A stretch of 63,964 nt of DNA, filler included, from Collodictyon triciliatum (lineage: Eukaryota): assembly GCA_043381765.1 (NCBI GenBank). It is 9 parts of 9 records of this genome, joined end to end, with 100 filler letters (N's around TTAATTAATTAA, not from the genome) between each part and the next. Parts side by side here need not be neighbours in the genome. Positions count along the whole stretch, not along the records: positions 55,084 to 62,843 come from JBHJMP010003761.1; positions 62,944 to 63,964 come from JBHJMP010003881.1; 7 more parts are not named here. One strand, 5' to 3'. Below, one piece after another: positions 61,001-63,964 of the stretch (within the stretch, counting starts at the first letter, position 1; every line of letters starts with the position of its first letter). Both the position numbers and the translations under genes were made by a program. The notes beneath the pieces were generated by a model. It was not told where the DNA came from, searched no databases, and saw nothing but the letters and a program-made list of their open reading frames with translations.

Positions 61001-61725
61001 AGAAACTTGGAGACGAAAGCTATCTGAAGGCAGACATGTCAATTATGTGTAGTGACGAAACATACAAGCTATGGAGGGGGGCTTGTTTTGGATTTCTATT
61101 GATATATTGCATGGGAGGTCCCTTATTGATGATGATTCGAATTACTCGCAAGAGAGCAGCGTTGAGCAACCCAACCTCCAAAACATATGCTCTTTTCAGA
61201 TTCCTGGTGGATGGATACAGCGAAAAGTGCCAATACTGGGAGGTTGTGATGATGATGCAGAAGCTAGTTATTGTAATGATAAGCACGTTCTTTCCAGCTT
61301 CGCTACAGATCTACTTTGGGCTGTGGCTGCTGTTTTTGATGATAGCGTCGACCATCTATTTCAGGCCGTTCATATCTAATGTGCTGAAGAAGTCACAAGT
61401 GCAATCACTGATGGTTCTGTATTTTACGTTGATGCTGAGCTTACTGTTCAGATACAACGATTTGAATCAAACGACCGAAGTGGTGCTGGTGCTTGTGGTA
61501 ATCATTCTCAACGGAGGAATAGGCGTAGTTTTTCTTTCCAAAGCAGGGCCTGCAGTTTTGAGACTAGTATTAACGAGCTTCTTGACAGGACTCTCGTCTG
61601 TATGGAGGTTGGTGACCAAAAATGGGATTGTTCGATATATTCTTGGAAATCTCGTGGGAATACGAATTCGCAAAGATGTCGAGATGCGTGAGATGTCTCC
61701 GTCCAAAAGTATAGAAGAGTTTTAA
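55086..61725 (+). CDS. Giant intronless Cys-rich (GCC2/GCC3, ephrin-receptor-like CxxCPxGxF) repeat protein with C-terminal multi-pass TM domain; 5'-partial, one frameshift near 55329
   Basis: Dozens of CPxGT(F/Y)N motifs, many NxS/T sequons, VAPGYW...C..GYSGVLC juxtamembrane motif and several hydrophobic segments (YQVL, YLKADMSIMC, YWEVV, FRPF). Confidence 0.85.
55783..59800 (+). repeat. Coding 279-bp (93-aa) tandem repeat, 14 full units plus a partial
   Basis: Unit starts at 55783, 56062, 56341 ... 59689 with exact 279-bp spacing. Confidence 0.95.
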
Positions 61726-63140
61726 AGGACAATATTCTTGTTATTTTTTGCCCAAAATCAGATTCGCTCTTTACACGTCTCAAAAGGCCGATCCAATTTT
61801 CTCATCTTTTTGGATTCGTTTACTCAAATATCCATTAAATAAAAGAAATTGAAATACAAAGTTTTTTTTGAAAAAAAAAATAGGAAAAAGCCCTTTAACC
61901 GTTGCTCAGTTATAAAAAGAATTTATGAATGTCTGAATGTCTGGCTTATTATTTTTTCAGTAGCTGTAGCAACCAAATCGATGTTTGAGCGATAGATGCG
62001 TCGAAATCAATAAAAATAAAAAATAATTATTTGAGTTCCAGTTTCTTATTTTAGCTTTCTTTTATTTTGCATGAGCTTTCTTTTATCACCAGACCCTGCG
62101 AAACATCTATTCCAAGCCATAAGATAGTGATGGAATATCCTTCTAGAATCAAATGCGAAGGCACAAATGCATGTAAATAGTTCTGAATGTCTTATTCTCA
62201 CCGGTTTTTATACAAGTAAATTAAGGTGAAGTATGATTTGTAAATATATTGTCTGTTGTTTGATGGCTATTCAAGATAAACAGCCGTTCTTTTGTGGTAT
62301 CTATTATTTATTTCTTACATTTGTTCATAATTCTGTTAGATACATTTTACTCGATTACTTTCAGAGGGGATATATTGTCTTCTTTTGTAAAGCTTTCTCT
62401 TTTTTAAATGCCTCAAGAAAATCGTCAGCTCAGCCTTTTCATTTGGCAGCAGCATAAGGAAATAGAATGATGGGATGTAAATGAAGAAATGGTTCTATGT
62501 ATAGCTCCGGGAAATGTACTTGATTCGTTATGCGCTATTCTATGAATCCATCCTTTTGAAGAAGGCATAGCTGGAAGTGCTCCAATCAACACAGTGGTTT
62601 CCCAGTCTATTTTTCTTTTGTTTTTATCACCGGTATCTTGTGTACCAAAGTACACTTATTTTTTTGAACATTCAGTTGAGAACCTATTATTATGTTCAAG
62701 TTTTTCGTTGCATTTTTACACCTGAATCCATGATGTAATGATATTTTTTCGGCTGTTGATACATTCTAACTTTTCCGTGCCCATTTTGAAATTATATGTA
62801 TTTTTTTCTGATTATCTGCGGTGTATGAATGGTTGTAAGGCTANNNNNNNNNNNNNNNNNNNNNNNNNNNNNNNNNNNNNNNNNNNNTTAATTAATTAAN
62901 NNNNNNNNNNNNNNNNNNNNNNNNNNNNNNNNNNNNNNNNNNNCTTTTCTCTCTTTTTTCTCTCTTTTTTCTCTCTTTTTTCTCTCTTTTTTCTCTCTTT
63001 TTTCTCTCTTTTTTCTCTCTTTTTTCTCTCTTTTTTCTCTCTTTTTCTTCCTTTTTCTTTCTTCATGGTTCATCCTTTGATTTACTAACGCACTCACATT
63101 CCCCCTATTTTCTCTCCTTTTTTTAAATGAAATTCAAAAG

Positions 63141-63780
63141 CTTCAATCGACGCCACGATGATGAGAACATCCTTGAGTGAACCCAGTCCTTCAGTTAAGA
63201 CCTCTATTCCTATCAAGAAAGATGAATCCACCATAGAGTCCAACCGGCTTTCTAAAGAATCCAATCCCGAGTCCCACACCCATTTGACCTCATCAAGAAA
63301 CCCGGATACTCTACAAGAAAATGAGAAAAAAAGAGAATCATCACCAGACCCTGATTTACTCAAGAAAGCGACACATGTTTCTACTGCCCCCGTGGCCAGT
63401 AGCCAGTCAAATCCAAAAGCAAGTCAGCCAGCTCAAGTAGCGACAAAGAGTCAGGAACTACCAGTACAAATCAAGAAAGAGGCTTCATTTAACACACCAT
63501 CCGCTGTCGAAGGGAATTCCGTGGTGCAAGAACAGATAAAAGCACAGGAAGAAACGAAAAAACAAGCAAATGAGACTTCAAAGGTCGAGGCACCAAAAAC
63601 ATCGGCAGCCACGACAGCGAGAACAACGGAAGAAGGTAATTATATCATTTCAAGATGCCTTAGTGTATGACTACCCTAAATATACATATATGATGTCCCT
63701 TTTATGATATGGCCTGGTGCGTTGATGCAGCAAAAGGATCAGGATTTAAATCGCTATTTGGATTTGGAAGTAAATTTTAA
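63141..63780 (+). CDS. 3' exons of a hydrophilic low-complexity hypothetical protein
   Basis: S/T/E/K-rich exon spliced (GAA G|gtaatt...gcag) to AKGSGFKSLFGFGSKF*. Confidence 0.5.
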
Positions 63781-63872
63781 ACTATAATTTGTATTCAATT
63801 GTGTGCACCTTTACATGGTATAAGATTACTGTTAACATAATTTTCTAATATTGTTGCACGCACAACGTACAT

Positions 63873-63926
<54 letters not shown>

Positions 63927-63964
63927 AAATTTTTTTTTTTTGATTTTTCCAAAAAAAAAAAAAA

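Noticed and set aside
62050-62660. Possible minus-strand exons near the contig end
   Set aside because: No unique exon chain or recognisable motif; not supportable.
63871-63885. Perfect U12 donor-like ATATCCTTT
   Set aside because: Downstream of the predicted stop, the Ts belong to a poly(T) tract, and no partner branch point is visible. GTATCCTT at 48822 is antisense to its gene and the one at 32648 is coding.

Overview
Intron-rich eukaryotic (protist-like) nuclear DNA read with the standard genetic code. The window is not one locus. It is nine unrelated contigs of near-identical, roughly decreasing size (~7.76-7.78 kb) joined by artificial 100-nt spacers (N44-TTAATTAATTAA-N44), so adjacency across spacers is meaningless. 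Hand-splicing gives: an EF-hand/coiled-coil protein, a nucleolin-like acidic-RRM-RGG protein, a NEK kinase, an intronless 14-aa-repeat coiled-coil/Sel1 protein, the last exon of ICMT/STE14, an FG-GAP propeller membrane protein, a probable LINE ORF1 fragment, two N-myristoylated LRR-PP2C phosphatases, a GDP-sugar transporter, Sec24A/B, a degenerate NCS/calaxin-like EF-hand protein, an AXDND1-like protein (suggests flagella) and a giant Cys-rich repeat multi-pass membrane protein with a frameshift. The most notable unexplained signals are a ~290-nt highly structured intergenic RNA candidate (28898-29185), a clear AT-AC U12-type intron (2072-2202) and a strand-specific hairpin upstream of the acidic exon of the nucleolin-like gene (7542-7613). 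All family assignments come from motif recognition by eye; no database searches were run.
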